Positions 26,401-39,654 of a stretch of 64,000 nt of DNA are shown piece by piece (position 1 is the first letter of the stretch; each line of letters begins with the position of its first letter). The DNA comes from Lingula anatina (lineage: Eukaryota > Animalia > Brachiopoda). The stretch is taken from positions 620,001-684,000 of the forward strand of contig CM120649.1 in the NCBI GenBank assembly GCA_051362555.1. The letters are read 5' to 3'. The notes beneath the pieces are model-generated. The model made no database searches, was not told the origin of the DNA, and saw nothing but the letters and a program-made list of their open reading frames with translations. The translations under genes and the position numbers were made by a program.

Positions 26401-27310
26401 GGCAATCCTCGGCTCATTCCGCAAACTCCATACTATTGTCGAATGCTGAGACATCGGAGTAGTTCCGAGTGACAACATGGCGACAGACGACTCACTGAAT
26501 CTCGTCCAGAAAATATTTAACCCCCGACAGAATATGCTTTCGCTATCAAAATTAGGTCTACTTTTCTAAATGAATATATAAGTTTGCAAGTTCTTATTTT
26601 CAAAACATCATTGGCTATGTTCGAACCTAAATTTTATGTTAAAAATTGCGGTATTGTCAGATTTTAAGCATAAACAGGGAAAATTGCAGCAGCGCATGAA
26701 TCTAGATGAGATGCACTACTTTTCAACCCCGCTTTAGACCACGGTGGAAGTGAAGAACAAAAGATTCAGACGTGGTATAACTCGCATAACCGCACGTCTC
26801 GCATGAATGCGTTATAACCCGCTAATGGACCCGTGGTCTAAATAAGATAGATCCCTCGTCAGCGAGGGTTATGTGACATCCACTCGTGCTTCGCACTCGT
26901 GTGTGCCACTTAACCCTCGCTGACTCGGGGTCTATCTATTACTACGATCATCGCTATCACATCGCGCACCCGGTAAAATCGGTGTGGTGGCTGATACTCT
27001 GTAATGCGATCTGACACACACCTTGAAAACGGGTAGTGTGGTCTGATATACCGGTTTATTCTGGATCCGTAGGTGCCGAGTCTGGTAGTTGGTTAGGCCT
27101 GAAGATGAAAACATCTAGATCACAACTATATTAAAAGTTCCTGTCTGTTGACGTCACCTTAACATTAACCAGTCAAGGTTTATATCTGTAGCTTAGCGCA
27201 AATTGAAAGGGTGTCCCCTTTTATATTCATTAAAAGAAAAATCGGGAGAAACTTACCTTTTTCAGGAGCAGCGACACGGATTTGGAATACCCTCTTGCTC
27301 GTGCTCCCAT
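16896..27310 (-). CDS. NACHT and WD-repeat protein (NWD1/NWD2-like STAND NTPase) with N-terminal DUF4062-like domain. Predicted exons: 27310-27257, 25623-25553, 25351-25245, 24793-24732, 24224-24136, 23584-23499, 23011-22889, 22362-22160, 21570-21400, 21197-21011, 20631-17441, 17153-16896
   Basis: All exons have GT-AG borders and compatible phases. Motifs: IRVFLSSTFKDMTLERN, DMRWGV, LVGNRYGYRPFP, YFVSVTAGEIERG, Walker A GESGYGKT, Walker B VVILDALNQL, NGVTENELEDVLSCD, PPLIWARLR, then degenerate WD40 repeats. The six 5' low-complexity exons are less certain. Confidence 0.85.
23280..23478. mobile_element. MITE family B copy with an internal 47-nt A tract
   Basis: Ends GAGGCGGATCTAG...AATCCGCCCCTG. 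Internal ccgtcttccggaagacccagaagac is shared with 54537-54704. Confidence 0.65.
24883..25061. mobile_element. hAT-like MITE with 5-bp target-site duplication
   Basis: 15-bp TIR CAGGCCCGTAGCCAG...CTGGCTACGGGCCTG, flanked by TATTT on both sides. Confidence 0.8.
25712..25925. mobile_element. PIF/Harbinger-type MITE, family A copy 2 (reverse orientation of copy 1)
   Basis: GGGCGCATTCCCA...TGGGAATTGGGTC with ATA duplication; reverse complement of 16066-16279. Confidence 0.8.
26195..27100. repeat. ~110-bp inverted repeat pair (26195-26304 / 26991-27100) enclosing two smaller palindromic elements (26733-26843, 26843-26940)
   Basis: caactaccagactcggcacctacggatccagaataaaccggtatatcagaccacactacccg.. 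and its reverse complement. Inside: tttagaccacgg..ccgtggtctaaa and atagataga.ccc..gtcagcgagggtta..taaccctcgctgac..ggg.tctatctat. Confidence 0.85.
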
Positions 27311-28733
27311 AGATGTCTCTATTAAAAAAAAGAACCGAGGTGACAGATAACGCCCATAGGGAACTGTTATAAGGTAATGAAACTTTTTAAAGATATTTGA
27401 CGATGGTATTGACTTATGTTACTGATTACGCGAGGTAAAAACTAAATAACTTTCATTTTCCTTCATATCCTTATTATCTCTTCCTATTACTAACATTACA
27501 GATATAGCTTCGATCCAGATAATATGAAAAACAACAACACATTTTGGAATAGTTGTAGGGAGAAGTACAGAAAAAAGAAATGACAAATACCAAGAAATCA
27601 ATCAATCAATCAATCAATCAATTGCTTACTAAATTGACTAACAGATTTAAACTCGCCTCAAGCTGAAATGCTGGATCCACCATTATTATATCAATAAAAC
27701 AGCATTTTTTTGTTTTGTTGTCCACAAAGTATGATTTGCACGAATATAAATGTTTTTATTATCAAGATGTAGTGTGGTTTACTTCTAAGGATTGAAATTC
27801 ATTATAAGTCTCTTTCACCTCCCTCTACCTGTACCTTTGTTTTAATGTTTTTAGCTGTGAGAATCGCTCTGCTTACTTTTCCGAAGGCAGCGCATTTGAA
27901 TTCAGTCAAAAATTACTTTTCTCATACAATTTTATGTAGTACCCATGAGCGTGATACATTATCCCATGTAATTTTTACCTATCTGAACAAACTACTGCTA
28001 AATCTACCATTCAGCACTATTAAAAAGAAAAAAATCAAAAAGAAATGCCAAGGGCTTTGAATAGCCACTTACGATGTAATACGAACTACTCTAAATAAAC
28101 CACTCTAGCTTAATAGCCCAGTTCCTTTCACAAGTCATTGTTAAATAAACAAGCACTATTAGCCTGCTCAGGTAAATACCAAGATGTTTCCCTAGCGCTG
28201 AATAAATATGACGTTTAACCAGAAATTATAAAAGAGGGAGACAAAGCTACACAACCTCACATAGCCTATATTAACTCCGAGGTTTCATTTTAATAAAGTT
28301 GTTATCGGTCCAATGCATTCCATATTTATAATATTTTGTAAATGAAGCGTAACATCTCAATGAAATTGAGAAAGACACTGGGCGTACGAAAGACGGGACA
28401 AACGTTTGGCCCAATGCTCTTTTGTATAACAGGGATCTGCATCGTTTTAAATAAAACTGACGATTGGCGTTCTCAAACACTATGTGAAGCTTCCCGAGAT
28501 TGGTTATTTGAACTCGGGCTTTCTCACAGCCAAGTATATTAAATATGTCTCTTAATCATCGTCTTATGGATTCCCACCTCCCTCGTGCGCCTTCCCTGCA
28601 GGAGCAGAGCAATGAAATCTTTAAATTATCAGAAAATTACGTGGCATACTTTCAAGTGGGTCGCACCATACTTTATCCGCGGCCCAGGTAGTTTGCGGAT
28701 CAACGAGTTTGTTATCAGTGTCCCAGTGTCTTA

Positions 28734-28964
28734 GACCCCATTCCCATAGATTTTAGATCGATCTACATGTATCCCTGTGGGGAGTCTCACTAGATTACTG
28801 TCAGCTTAGCCGGATTAAGCGTCTGTTCCGCCTACTGAAAGCTGTAAGGGGGTAATTAACTATGGTGCGCGCTCGGTTGACTGCAATTTAGCTTGAACCT
28901 CCAGGGAGTTAGGTCGATCTAAATCTTAATCCTTGGATCGATCTAAGTCTCTGGGAATACACCC
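28734..28964. mobile_element. PIF/Harbinger-type MITE, family A copy 3
   Basis: GACCCCATTCCCA...TGGGAATACACCC with TTA duplication; interior homologous to copies 1 and 2. Confidence 0.8.
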
Positions 28965-29753
28965 TTAGAGAACGGGGGTGGGGGGGGGGAGGAGTTTATT
29001 ATCAGCCGTTATAACTTTTTGTCTTTATTGAAATAACTGGTGTATGTATTATCGAGGCGTGGATACTCACTCACCTTTACCAGACACCTGTCTGCCCGGG
29101 TAAGCCATCCCCTTTTTTCACCTCAGTGTGTCTTAAGTCAACACTTTCTCAAACAATTCGTTAACATTTATCACAGGTAAAATACCCTCACACATGAGAT
29201 CAACGTGTCTATCATAAGATTGATTGAGACTCTACATGTACATCCATTGAGTCAACGACAGGAAAAACCCTGTCTGCTCTCTGATCACTGAGGAAAACTG
29301 AAGGTACCCGAGTACATGTTCTTGATAGTAATGCCTAGAGTAATGGTTGTTGTTGTAGTAGTGACGGTCTTCGCTGGCTCATGTCAATAGTTACGCTATT
29401 GTCATAAAAATGTCGATCCCCTTCCCTTTTTGTTGGGTTTCTATTTGTAAGTCGAGATTCAGTTACGCAGTAAGTGCACGGTGTTTAAGTAAGTGACGTC
29501 ACACCTGAGCTAGACCGGGAAATGAAGATGTACCCCTATTGCATTTTTTTTATTAGGTTAATTGATGTACGATAACAAAATCAACTATGTAAGTAATCAA
29601 ATAAAATATTATAAAATTGGTGCTCAGAGAGTTATAGGTTTCTTTGTTGTTATATTATATAAATGCTTATCTTGATTATTTTACCGCGTGTTTTTGGTTC
29701 ATTTACATTTTCTTCACCGAATTTTTGCAAACGTCAAAGGTGCCCTCTCTATT

Positions 29754-29792
<39 letters not shown>

Positions 29793-30333
29793 TGGGGTGT
29801 GGGGGTTTATTTTATCAGTATACCTACTTTATACTCTTTAATGTACGTTATATACCGCATATTATACCGGTATTGATGGCAAAATGAGTGAATAATTTAT
29901 TGCCAATATACCAGATTCTAAGAAAAATGTGCTACAACAATGCTGAATAATTTAAAATGACTTATAAGGGATCCTTGATTTTTCAAACCGAGAGAATTTT
30001 AAGTAAGACGGCCATCTATGAAAATGAGAATTTGCATAATAATAATAATAATGGCAATAATATTGACAATATAATGGCTAAAAACTTAAAGAAGGATAAA
30101 AACAAACAATTTCAAACATTTTGAATATCTTTTTATATTTTTTAAATATTTTGATCATGTTTGAATATATATCTATATTAATGGGAAGGAGAACAGCTTG
30201 GCCTTTGTGGATTCGATATGTACAGTAAAAAGTACAATTTACACCCTTAACAAGCCTAGAATGACGTTCCAGTTTGAAAAATGAAAAAAAAAACATAAAA
30301 CGAGATGTTGTGAGAAATGTGATCATAAAACCA

Positions 30334-31871
30334 TCAATCCATTTTTGTCAGATCGTATCCGAACAGCTGTGCATCCGTTCTGAAAACCTCCAGCAACCTG
30401 CGTAGATCTGCTTCCTCCACCTCAGCGTAGCTCTCTTTCATTTTTTGTGCCGTGTCACCGTGAACACTGTGACGAAAAGCTGTATCGTTCACGGATTCCA
30501 GAGATGGAAATGTGAAATTTGCACCGATTAATTTCAAGAAGTTTGAGGCGTCTTCTTGTTCTTCTAAATGGCCAATGATATCATATTGAACAGAACAAGG
30601 GTCGCAAAGCTGGAAATATTCAGCCCAGTGGTTGTCTCCCAATCTTTTCTCTCGAATAAGGACCCCTTTATATGGGTCATAGCTCTTTATGATAAACCCA
30701 ACAAAACTCTTTAATGAGACGGTACCACCATTTTGTGTTTTAAGCATTTTGAAAAGATTGGCCAAAACTGTATTTCCATCTGCCAACATTCTGTACGCTG
30801 ATAATAGTCGAACTAACGGATGTCGCACAAATACTACTTTGAGATAGTCCCTAAGTATTACTTCTCTTTTCCTACGATTGAGGTCTTCAAAATGAGTAAT
30901 AGCGCGGTAGAATCTTCTTGACTCCTCTTGTACTTCAAACAAAGTTGTTGATGGTGCAAGTTTTCCAGCCAGACGAAGAAATACAAAGCGCCAATTCATT
31001 ATTGCAACTTTCGGAATACCACAGAATAGTATCTTCTTTTCGTCATCCACATATCCAAATGTTAAATTGCATACTCCAGTAGCAAATGGAGGCGTTGGTC
31101 TTGATTTTGAACCAGACTGATTTATTAGTCTTTGACATTGTGCCATTACGTCGTATTTTCTGCGGCTCATTTTTTCTAACCATGTTTTAGGTACATCGTT
31201 CCATTTAAGTTGATTGAAACGGTATGCAAGTTCTTGTGTTGAATCAGGAACGTTACTGGTATGCTTATGAACTCCAGGCTCCCATTTATCGTGCACCCTA
31301 AGAAGACAAGTGCTATTAATAATATTAGAATATAGCGCATGTGTGTGTGTGTGTGTGTGAATGAGAGAGAGAGAAAGAGAGAAAGAGAGAGAGACTAGAG
31401 TTTGTGCTAATAAAAATAAAATATATGCATTCGCCTATTTATATTTATATATGAAGTCATCATGGTATCTACCAGTACACCCTTACCTTTAAAACCGTGT
31501 TTCCATTTTTTCAATTTTTTGAGGTTTCAGTGTTTTTATATAGATTTTCATTACACCGAAATGGTTGAAGTCAGCTGAACCAAACCTTGCCACATTTTGA
31601 TAGGTTTGTCTAGTTCTTTCTTGTACACCCACAAAGGAGGAATAGTACTTCCATAACAAGAAGATCTACTTGATGCAGGTTATTAATTTTGGTTTATTAT
31701 CAAAAGTATATGTTAGCAAACGTTACCACTGCCCTGCTTGTATAAAAAGTTTAACAACGATGAAAAATCATTTTGGCTACACTCCACTTACCATGACCGA
31801 AATCCGTGGGTAAACAGGACATAAACAACTAATACGCAAACCATCAATACGCTCAGCCGCTGTAGTCTCAT
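30334..31871 (-). CDS. Carbohydrate sulfotransferase (CHST11-like, Sulfotransfer_2), copy 1; exons 31871-31792 and 31297-30334
   Basis: Exon 1 encodes the type II anchor MRLQRLSVLMVCVLVVYVLFTHGFRS and ends in a phase-2 GTAAGT donor. Exon 2 has FCGIPKVAIMNW, FVRHPLVRLLSAY, HW..Y..LCDPC.VQYDIIGHLE and DAQLFGY. Confidence 0.88.
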
Positions 31872-32082
31872 CTCGACTCCGTTTTCTCTTTTCCATTAAT
31901 GCTTAGGCATATAATATAATATTTGATATGTATTTTACAGAAGTTGCTACAGACAAAACCGCAGTTATTGGCGGTAATCGAATATTTATGATGTCATACG
32001 TTGCGTAATTTGTCTCAAACAATATCTAATAATGCAAGCTACCTGTACATGAGAGAAAAGAGATCCACAGGTTGGGGGTTCG

Positions 32083-32085
<3 letters not shown>

Positions 32086-32125
<40 letters not shown>

Positions 32126-32885
32126 TTTATTTCTTAAAACCGCACTACACTACCGTCTGAGTGCTGTTTACTGGTCAAATTATCAGGATTACAACTTAAT
32201 ATTAAGATAATAAAAGCTAAGGTAAAAAACAATTAAAATAATTAAAACTGGTTAAAATAGTAATGGTCTGAACAATAAAACTTTATTTCTGATAAAATGA
32301 GAAAATATTAATTAAAATACTGTGCAAATAAGAATGTTTTAAAGTCTTTTTTAAAAACCTCAACACTATCAATAGTCCGAATGTGTGAGGGTAGTTGATT
32401 CCATAAAATGGGTGCTGAAGTTGAAAATGCCCTGTGGCCATAGGTTTTGGTTGTTTTTTTTTATTATCATTTCTGATAAAACAAAGAGTAGAGGTGGATC
32501 TGGTAGACCTGGTGAGACTGGGTGTACTTGGATGTAGCATCGAGTTAAAATATGAGGGGCATTCACCTCTGGTTAATTTAAAAACAAACAACAGTAATTT
32601 AAAAACAATTCTCTGTCGTACAGGAAGCCAATGTAGTTCGAATAAAATGGGTGAAATGTTTGGTCTGAGAGGGGTTTTGTTCAGTAGTCGTGCTGCAGCA
32701 TTTTGGATAGATTGCAATTTTTCAATTTGGTAGGTAGGAAGACCATACAGTAGACTGTTTCCGTAGTCAAGATGTGAAGTTATAAAGGCATGAACAAGCC
32801 TCTCCATTTGACTTTTATCAAGGATATGGGATAGTTTGGAATTTTTTTTAAGACCATAGAAAGCGGCTTTGCATTTTTTTACTGA
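32086..32885 (-). mobile_element. 5'-truncated L2/CR1-clade LINE with (TTA)n tail
   Basis: LVHAFITSHLDYGNSLLYGLP..KLQSIQNAAARL..ISPILFELHWLPVRQRIVFKLLL (ORF 32283..32915). The (AAT)n run at 32086-32124 sits at its 3' end. Confidence 0.85.
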
Positions 32886-32959
32886 TGTCGGCAGCCATAT
32901 CGCACCTATTATCAAAAATGTATGTTATGTTGCAATCTGGTTGTCTAAGGGACCCTTAT

Positions 32960-33070
32960 TTGGAGGGATCTATCTCCCTGGGGAGTCTCACTAAATTGCT
33001 ATCAAATTAACCGGTTTAAATGTCCGTCATGCCTAGTAAAGCTGTTAGGGGGTAATTATCTTTACCCCCT
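32960..33070. mobile_element. Partial, decayed MITE family A copy
   Basis: gatctatctccctggggagtctcacta...gctgttagggggtaatta matches the family A interior. Confidence 0.6.
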
Positions 33071-33558
33071 AGCTGATTTGGTAGGCATGACATATCCGCA
33101 ACTAGAAGAATTGATTTGTATGGCAAAAAAAAAAAAAAAAAAAAGCCTTTAATGTAAAACCTTTATATTAAGCAAATTTCAAGATTATGAATTCGAGAAT
33201 TTATCTTGTTTTTTTCCTAGGGATTCATTTCTCGATAAAAGGGCTATGCAATGACCGCGTCCAAGTAAAACACGAGGAACCTAAACTTTTGTGAAGCAGA
33301 ATTTTTATTAACCTAAAACTTCCTCATTTTTTCACTTTATTACCAAGATATACCATTTCATAAACTGTTGTTAAAATTACAACCAATAGTTCCCTATTTG
33401 AATTCTCAGTATCTCGTTTTAAGTCATTTGAGACACGTACAAAATTCGAATTTAAAAATATTGGGTGGTAAAGTTTCTGTTTATTCAAAAGATATTGACA
33501 GAAGAATTACTTCCCTCAAATTTGAAAGAGTTCATTTTAGAGCTATTTTCAAACATAA

Positions 33559-34557
33559 TCAATCCGTTTTCGTCAGATCGTATCCGAACAGCTGTGCATC
33601 CGTTGTGAAAACCTCCAGCAACCTGCGTAGATCTGCTTCCTCCACCTCAGCGTAGCTCTCTTTCATTTTTTGTGCTGTGTCACCGTGAACACTGTGACGA
33701 AAAGCAGTATCGTTCACGGATTCCAGAGATGGAAATGTGAAATTTGCACCTATTAATTTCAAGAAATTTGAGGCGTCTTCTTCTTCTTCTAAATGGCCAA
33801 TGATATCATATTGAACAGAACAAGGGTCGCAAAGCTGGAAATATTCAGCCCAATGGTCGTCTCCCAAGCTTTTCTCTCGAGTAATGATCCCTTTATTTGG
33901 GTCATAGCTCTTTATGATAAACCCAACAAAACTCTTTAAGGAAACGGTACCACCATTTCGGGTTTTTAGCATTTTGAAAAGTTTGGCCAAAACTGTATTT
34001 CCGTCTGCCAGCATTCTGTACGCTGATAATAGTCGAACTAACGGATGTCGTACAAATACCACCTTTAGATACTCCCTAACAATTACTTCTCTTTTCCTAC
34101 GACCGAGATCTTCAAAGTGAGTAATAGCGCGGTAGAATCTTCTTGACTCCTCTTGTACTTCAAACAAAGTTGTTGATGGTGCAAGTTTTCCAGCCAGACG
34201 GAGAAATACAAAGCGCCAATTCATTATTGCAACTTTCGGAATACCACAGAATAGTATCTGTTTTTCGTCATCGACATATCCATACCTTAACTTGTAAATG
34301 CCAGTGGCGAAAGGAGGCGTTGGTCTTGATTTCGAACCAGACTGATGTATAAATCTTTGACACTGTCTCATTATGTCGTGTTTTCTGCGGCTCATTTTTT
34401 GTAACCATGTTTTAGGCACAGCGTTCCATTTAAGATGATTGAAACGGTATGCAAGTTCGTGTAGTGAATCGGGAACGTTACCGTTTTGTTTAGAAGGTCC
34501 TGGCTCCCATATATTGTACACCCTAAAAGACAAGTGCTATTAATAATATTAGAATAT

Positions 34558-34616
<59 letters not shown>

Positions 34617-35088
34617 GTAGAGTTTGTACTAAAAAATATAAAATATATGCATTCGCTTATTTATATTTATATATGAAGTCATCGTGGTAACTACCAGTAC
34701 ATCCATACCTTTGAAACCATGCTTCCCTTTTTTCAGTTTTTTGAGGTTTCAGTGATTTTATATAGAATTTCATCAGACCGAAATTAATCAGCTGAACCAC
34801 ACCTTGCTATATTTTGATAGGTTTGTCTAGTTCTTTCTTTTACACCCACAAAGGAAGAAAAGTACTTCCATAACTAGAAGATCTATTTGATGCAGGTTAT
34901 CAATTTCGGTTAATTAGCAAAATTATATGTTAGCAAACGTTGGCACTGCCCTGCTTGTACATAAAGTTGAATAACGATTAAGAATAATTTTGGCTGTTGT
35001 CTACTTACCATGACCGAATCATTTGGGTAATCAAAACACAAACAACTAATATGCAAGCTATTAATACGATCAGACGCTGTAGTCTCAT
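33559..35088 (-). CDS. CHST11-like sulfotransferase, copy 2; exons 35088-35009 and 34522-33559
   Basis: Same two-exon structure, phases and motifs as copy 1; frames intact. Confidence 0.88.
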
Positions 35089-36393
35089 CTCGACTCCGTT
35101 TCTTCTTTTCCTTTTATGTTTTAACTTATTTATCCACTCCGTTTATAATATTTTATGTGTATTTTATAGCTATAGCATATAGACCCGGCTGCAATATGTG
35201 GCGGTACTCCAATATTTATGACGGAATGCGTTCACGGTATGAGTGTACAAGCAACATATGATAATGTAAGGTACGTGAATGATAAGATTCTCACATGATG
35301 GGGGGGGGGGGGGGGTATCCTTGCGTCTAATCTTCTTATTTTGCAAATTGCTTGTCCAACAGTACTCTTATTTAGGAAGGGAGCAAATTAAAATCTACTG
35401 TTCAAGTTTACTCCGTTTAGTAATAATACTTAAAAGTATTTAAAGGAACACAAAGGACTAAGCTCCAAAATTCGAAATTAACGAATTATTTTGTACCAAG
35501 ACCAGAATTTTGGGGTTCTCAGAACCCAGACGACGGCCATGCAAGCAAGTATCGTTACCACGAACAGTACGTCAATCGCCACAATCCAAATTTTCTTTCT
35601 TTTTTATTCACTGCTTATTAAGCTACACGCCCTTCCGTTTAACCGCAAAATATAAGAGTGCTCAATTTATGCAGGTGCTCTAAAATCCTTAGCAATATAA
35701 AACGGTTGCACTTAAGTGATTTAGGTGAATCGATACGTTAACATGATCTAAATTGACAAAAATATTTTTATGTACAGATGCATTGCGTCTGTATATGTTC
35801 CCATTACCTCTGTCTTCGCCCGTGCCACCGTCGCTGTCGTGCACTGTCGATAAGTGGAAAACTATTTTCATTTTTGTCTTCAAACTTAAAAAAAACTGTT
35901 GAATGTTAGTAAAAGGACAGGTCCAGTTAGAAAATCAGCTTGATTGGACCGTTTTTCCGAAAATGCAGTTTTTGTTTCTCTTTTTTCAACATAAATACAA
36001 TACATATAACACATTTTTAGCGGAAAAGCCATTGATCTGTCGTCTTCAAACTTTCAGGAATGATCATTATTACTAAAACACAGGTGGAGGTCTAACACCA
36101 ATGTAGCCCCTGATCGGATTATATTGTTGAGAAGTTCTGCATTTTTTTTTTTTTCTGTTAAATGCAGCTTGAGTCGGATAAAGCCGGTCTGATTTGATTC
36201 TTTTTCTGAAAATTATGCAGTGTTTTTGTAAAATATTCTCTTTTCACATCATTACATTTTCAATGTAGGACTAAGAACCCCCACTGGCATGTTGCCGTTT
36301 GGTAGTTTTATTTTTTGAATGTCCATGAAAAATTCATAGAATAAATTCTTACTAAATGAAAAGAGGTGTTTTGAGAGCTATTGCCAAATATAA

Positions 36394-37922
36394 TCAATCC
36401 ATTTTTGTCAGATCGTATCCGAACAGCTGTGCATCCGTTCTGAAAACCTCCAGCAACCTGCGTAGGTCTGCTTCCTTCACCTCAGCGTAGCTCTCTTTCA
36501 TTTTTTGTGCGGTGTCGCCGTGAACCCTGTGACGGGCGGCAGTATCGTTCACGGATTCCAGAGATGGAAATGTGAAGTTTCCACCGATTAATTTCAAGAA
36601 ATTTGAGGCGTCTTCTTCTTCTTCTAAATGGCCAATGATATCATATTGAACAGAACAAGGGTCGCAAAGCTGGAAATATTCAGCCCAGTGGTCGTCTCCC
36701 AATCTTTTCTCTCTAGTAATGACCCCTTTATTTGGGTCATAGCTCTTTATGATAAACTCAACAAAACTCTGTAAGGAAACGGTACCACCATTTTGTGTTT
36801 TAAGCATTTTGAAAAGTTTGGCCAAAACTGTATTTCCGTCTGCCAGCATTCTGTACGCTGATAATAGTCGAACTAACGGATGTCGTACAAATACCACTTT
36901 TAGATACTCCCTAACAATTACTTCTCTTTTCCTACGACCGAGATCTTCAAAGTGAGTAATAGCGCGGTAGAATCTTCTTGACTCCTCTTGTACTTCAAAC
37001 AAAGTTGTTGATGGTGCAAGTTTTCCAGCCAGACGGAGAAATACAAAGCGCCAATTCATTATTGCAACTTTCGGAATACCACAGAATAGTATCTTCTTTT
37101 CGTCATCGACATATCCATACCTTAACTTGCAAATGCCAGTGGCAAAAGGAGGCGTTGGCGTTGGTTTCGAACCAGACTGATTTATAAGTCTTTGACATTG
37201 TGCCATTACGTCGTATTTTCTTCGGCTCATTTTTTGTAACCATGTTTTAGGCACAGCGTTCCATTTAAGTTGATTGAAACGGTATGCAAGCTCGTGTGTT
37301 GAATTGGTAACGTTATTGTTATGTTTATAAACTCCAGGTTCCCATTTACCGTACATCCTAAAAAAAGACGAGAACTATTAATAATATTAGAATATAGCAC
37401 GTGTGTGTATGTGTGTGTATGTATGTGTGTGTGTGAGAGAGAGAGAGAGACTAGAGTTTGTGCTAATAAAGATAAAATGTATACTTTCGCCTATCCTATT
37501 TATATTATATGTGAAGTCATCGTGGTAACTACCAGTACACCCATGCCTTTGAAACCATGCTTCCCTTTTTTCAGTTTTTTGAGGTTTCAGTGATTTTATA
37601 TAGAATTTCATCACATCGAAATGAATTAGCTGAACCACACCTTGCTATATTTAGGTTTGTCTAGTTCTTTCTTGTACACCCACAAAGGAAGAACAGTACT
37701 TCCATAACAAGAAGATCTACTTGATGCAGGTTATTAATTTTGGTTTATTATCAAAATTATTTGTTCGCAAACGTTGCCACTGTTCTGCTTCTATAAAAAG
37801 GTGAATAACGATTAAGTATCATTTTGGCTGTTGTCTACTTACCATGACCAAAATCTTTGGGTAAACAGGACATAAACAACTAACACGCAAGCCATCAATA
37901 CGCTCAGTCGCAGTAGTCTCAT
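36394..37922 (-). CDS. CHST11-like sulfotransferase, copy 3; exons 37922-37843 and 37357-36394
   Basis: Same structure and motifs; frames intact. Confidence 0.88.
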
Positions 37923-38969
37923 CACGACTCCGTTTCTCTTTTCCGTTTATGCTTAGGCATATAATATAATATTTGATATGAGTTTTACTGTAGTTAATGG
38001 CGGTAATCGAATATTTATTATGTCATGCGTTCAAGCGTTCTACTTAGAGGTCTTAGCAAGTGATGCTAATTCTTTTAACAAAATTATATAAAATATTAAA
38101 CTACAAGCATATAAATATGCGTTTATAATAAAACAGAAAGAAGGTGATATAAGTCTTCATGTATGGTGTTGAGTGACCACAGAAAATAAGACTGCTCCCT
38201 AATTATAAAGACTACTAAGCCTACATTCTTTAAAGGGAATTTAAGCCATGCTAACTATCTATTGATCTGAGGACGTTTGACAAGAATAACTAAAGACTGT
38301 AATGTAATTCTACAAACCTGTTGAATCTTGTTTATTTATAATTATTTTGTCATTCTACAAGCGTACCTAGCGGGTAATGATCTGGTTAATCGGGTATTTA
38401 ACTATGCATTGTGTGGATTGCACTAAGTAACCAATTTATCAGTTGCTGTTGATCGAGCGCGAATCTTTGAAAAAGATTTCTGCGAGCGCAGGACTGCCCA
38501 AAACAGTCGCACAGCACATGATTGGTCAACAGAGCCTTGCAGTGGGCATTTCAAGTTGCCACCCAGATAGCAAAAATACATTGGCCCAATATTGGCACTT
38601 TTGACGTAGCACGTTATACCTTGACCCGCCAAAGTAATGTGCTCGTAAAACATTTTTGAAAGGTGGATCATTATCGTAAGTAATACAATTTTAAGATGAT
38701 TTTGAGATCCAAATTTTTGTTCCTGATTTTGTGGGATTTATATGCCTCTCCCTTGATTTTATTGAACAGAGCTATTTACACAATTTCTATGGATATTTTA
38801 GTGCCAACTAATGATGGAAACTCTTATTCGCTCTAAAGCGTTCATACTCTGCCTCTCATCTTCCTTGGGTCGGAACGGTATCATCCTCTCTACGTCTAAG
38901 TGGGCTCACCACACGCTCAGCAGAACTCCAAGAAGACATTAGAGAATGTCTCTAACATTTCTGGCATTT

Positions 38970-39654
38970 TTACAGTTGAATGTAATTGTTTATAAGGTTA
39001 ATTCTGACTGAGGGTATGGTTAAAAGTTATCTATCGAATCAGTTGACATAATCATGGCAAGTTTTTTAATTCAGTTGTTTTGAACCACACATTTCCATCA
39101 CTCAATACAAATAGGTAGCTTATAACTGAATCCAGTAGATTCTTTTTAACCAACCAATTCAGTCAAGATTAACCGTTTTGGTCAGTTACCAGTGACTGAT
39201 TAAAAGCAACCATATATAAATGGTTATAATTGAAATAGATATATATAACTGAATGTATTGTTTAAAAGTAACCGAAAATTTAACCGTTTGGATTAGTTAA
39301 AAGACCAACTGACTTTGATGCAGTTAGGTCAACTGAATATTTAGTGGGATGTACAGTATATTGACTGAGTGAATCGTTTAATTACCTCCGCCAAGGAGGT
39401 TATGTTTTCAGCCCTGTTTGTCTGTCTGTTTGTTTGTCAAAAAGTTATGGACTGATTTTGATGAAATTTTAAGGAACTGTCGGAAGTGGGCAAAGGAAGA
39501 GATGATTAGTTTTTGGTGGTGATCCAGATCAATAATCAATCAATGATCAATAATAATAAAAAATCGCTGCCTTGGCGGAGGTCTGCGCTCTCGGAGTGCT
39601 TTTCTAGTATTGAACGTATTTTCGGCTAAGTTTAACTGATCAGTTTTAAGAGTG
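38970..39654. mobile_element. One end of an EnSpm/CMC-like non-autonomous element with many AACTGA/TCAGTT subterminal repeats
   Basis: Ends ...ttttaagagtg|ta (reverse: TA|CACTCTTAAAA) at ~39654, with dense aactga/cagtt/aacc motifs over 38970-39645. The other end was not identified. Confidence 0.5.
39382..39608 (+). mobile_element. Non-autonomous Helitron/Helentron-type (HINE/DINE-like) element
   Basis: Starts ttacctccgccaaggaggttatg, has a (GTCT/GTTT) microsatellite, a subterminal inverted copy cttggcggagg, a 3' hairpin gcgctctcggagtgc and a CTAGT end. Confidence 0.75.

Noticed and set aside
26331-26478. Candidate constitutive first exon of the NWD gene
   Set aside because: Its open frames are not phase-compatible with the next exon (25623), whereas 27310-27257 is. 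Kept only as a possible alternative exon.
29644-29887. CVCVCV and ERERER ORFs here and at 37321, 44515, 45081 and 59380
   Set aside because: Translations of dinucleotide microsatellites.
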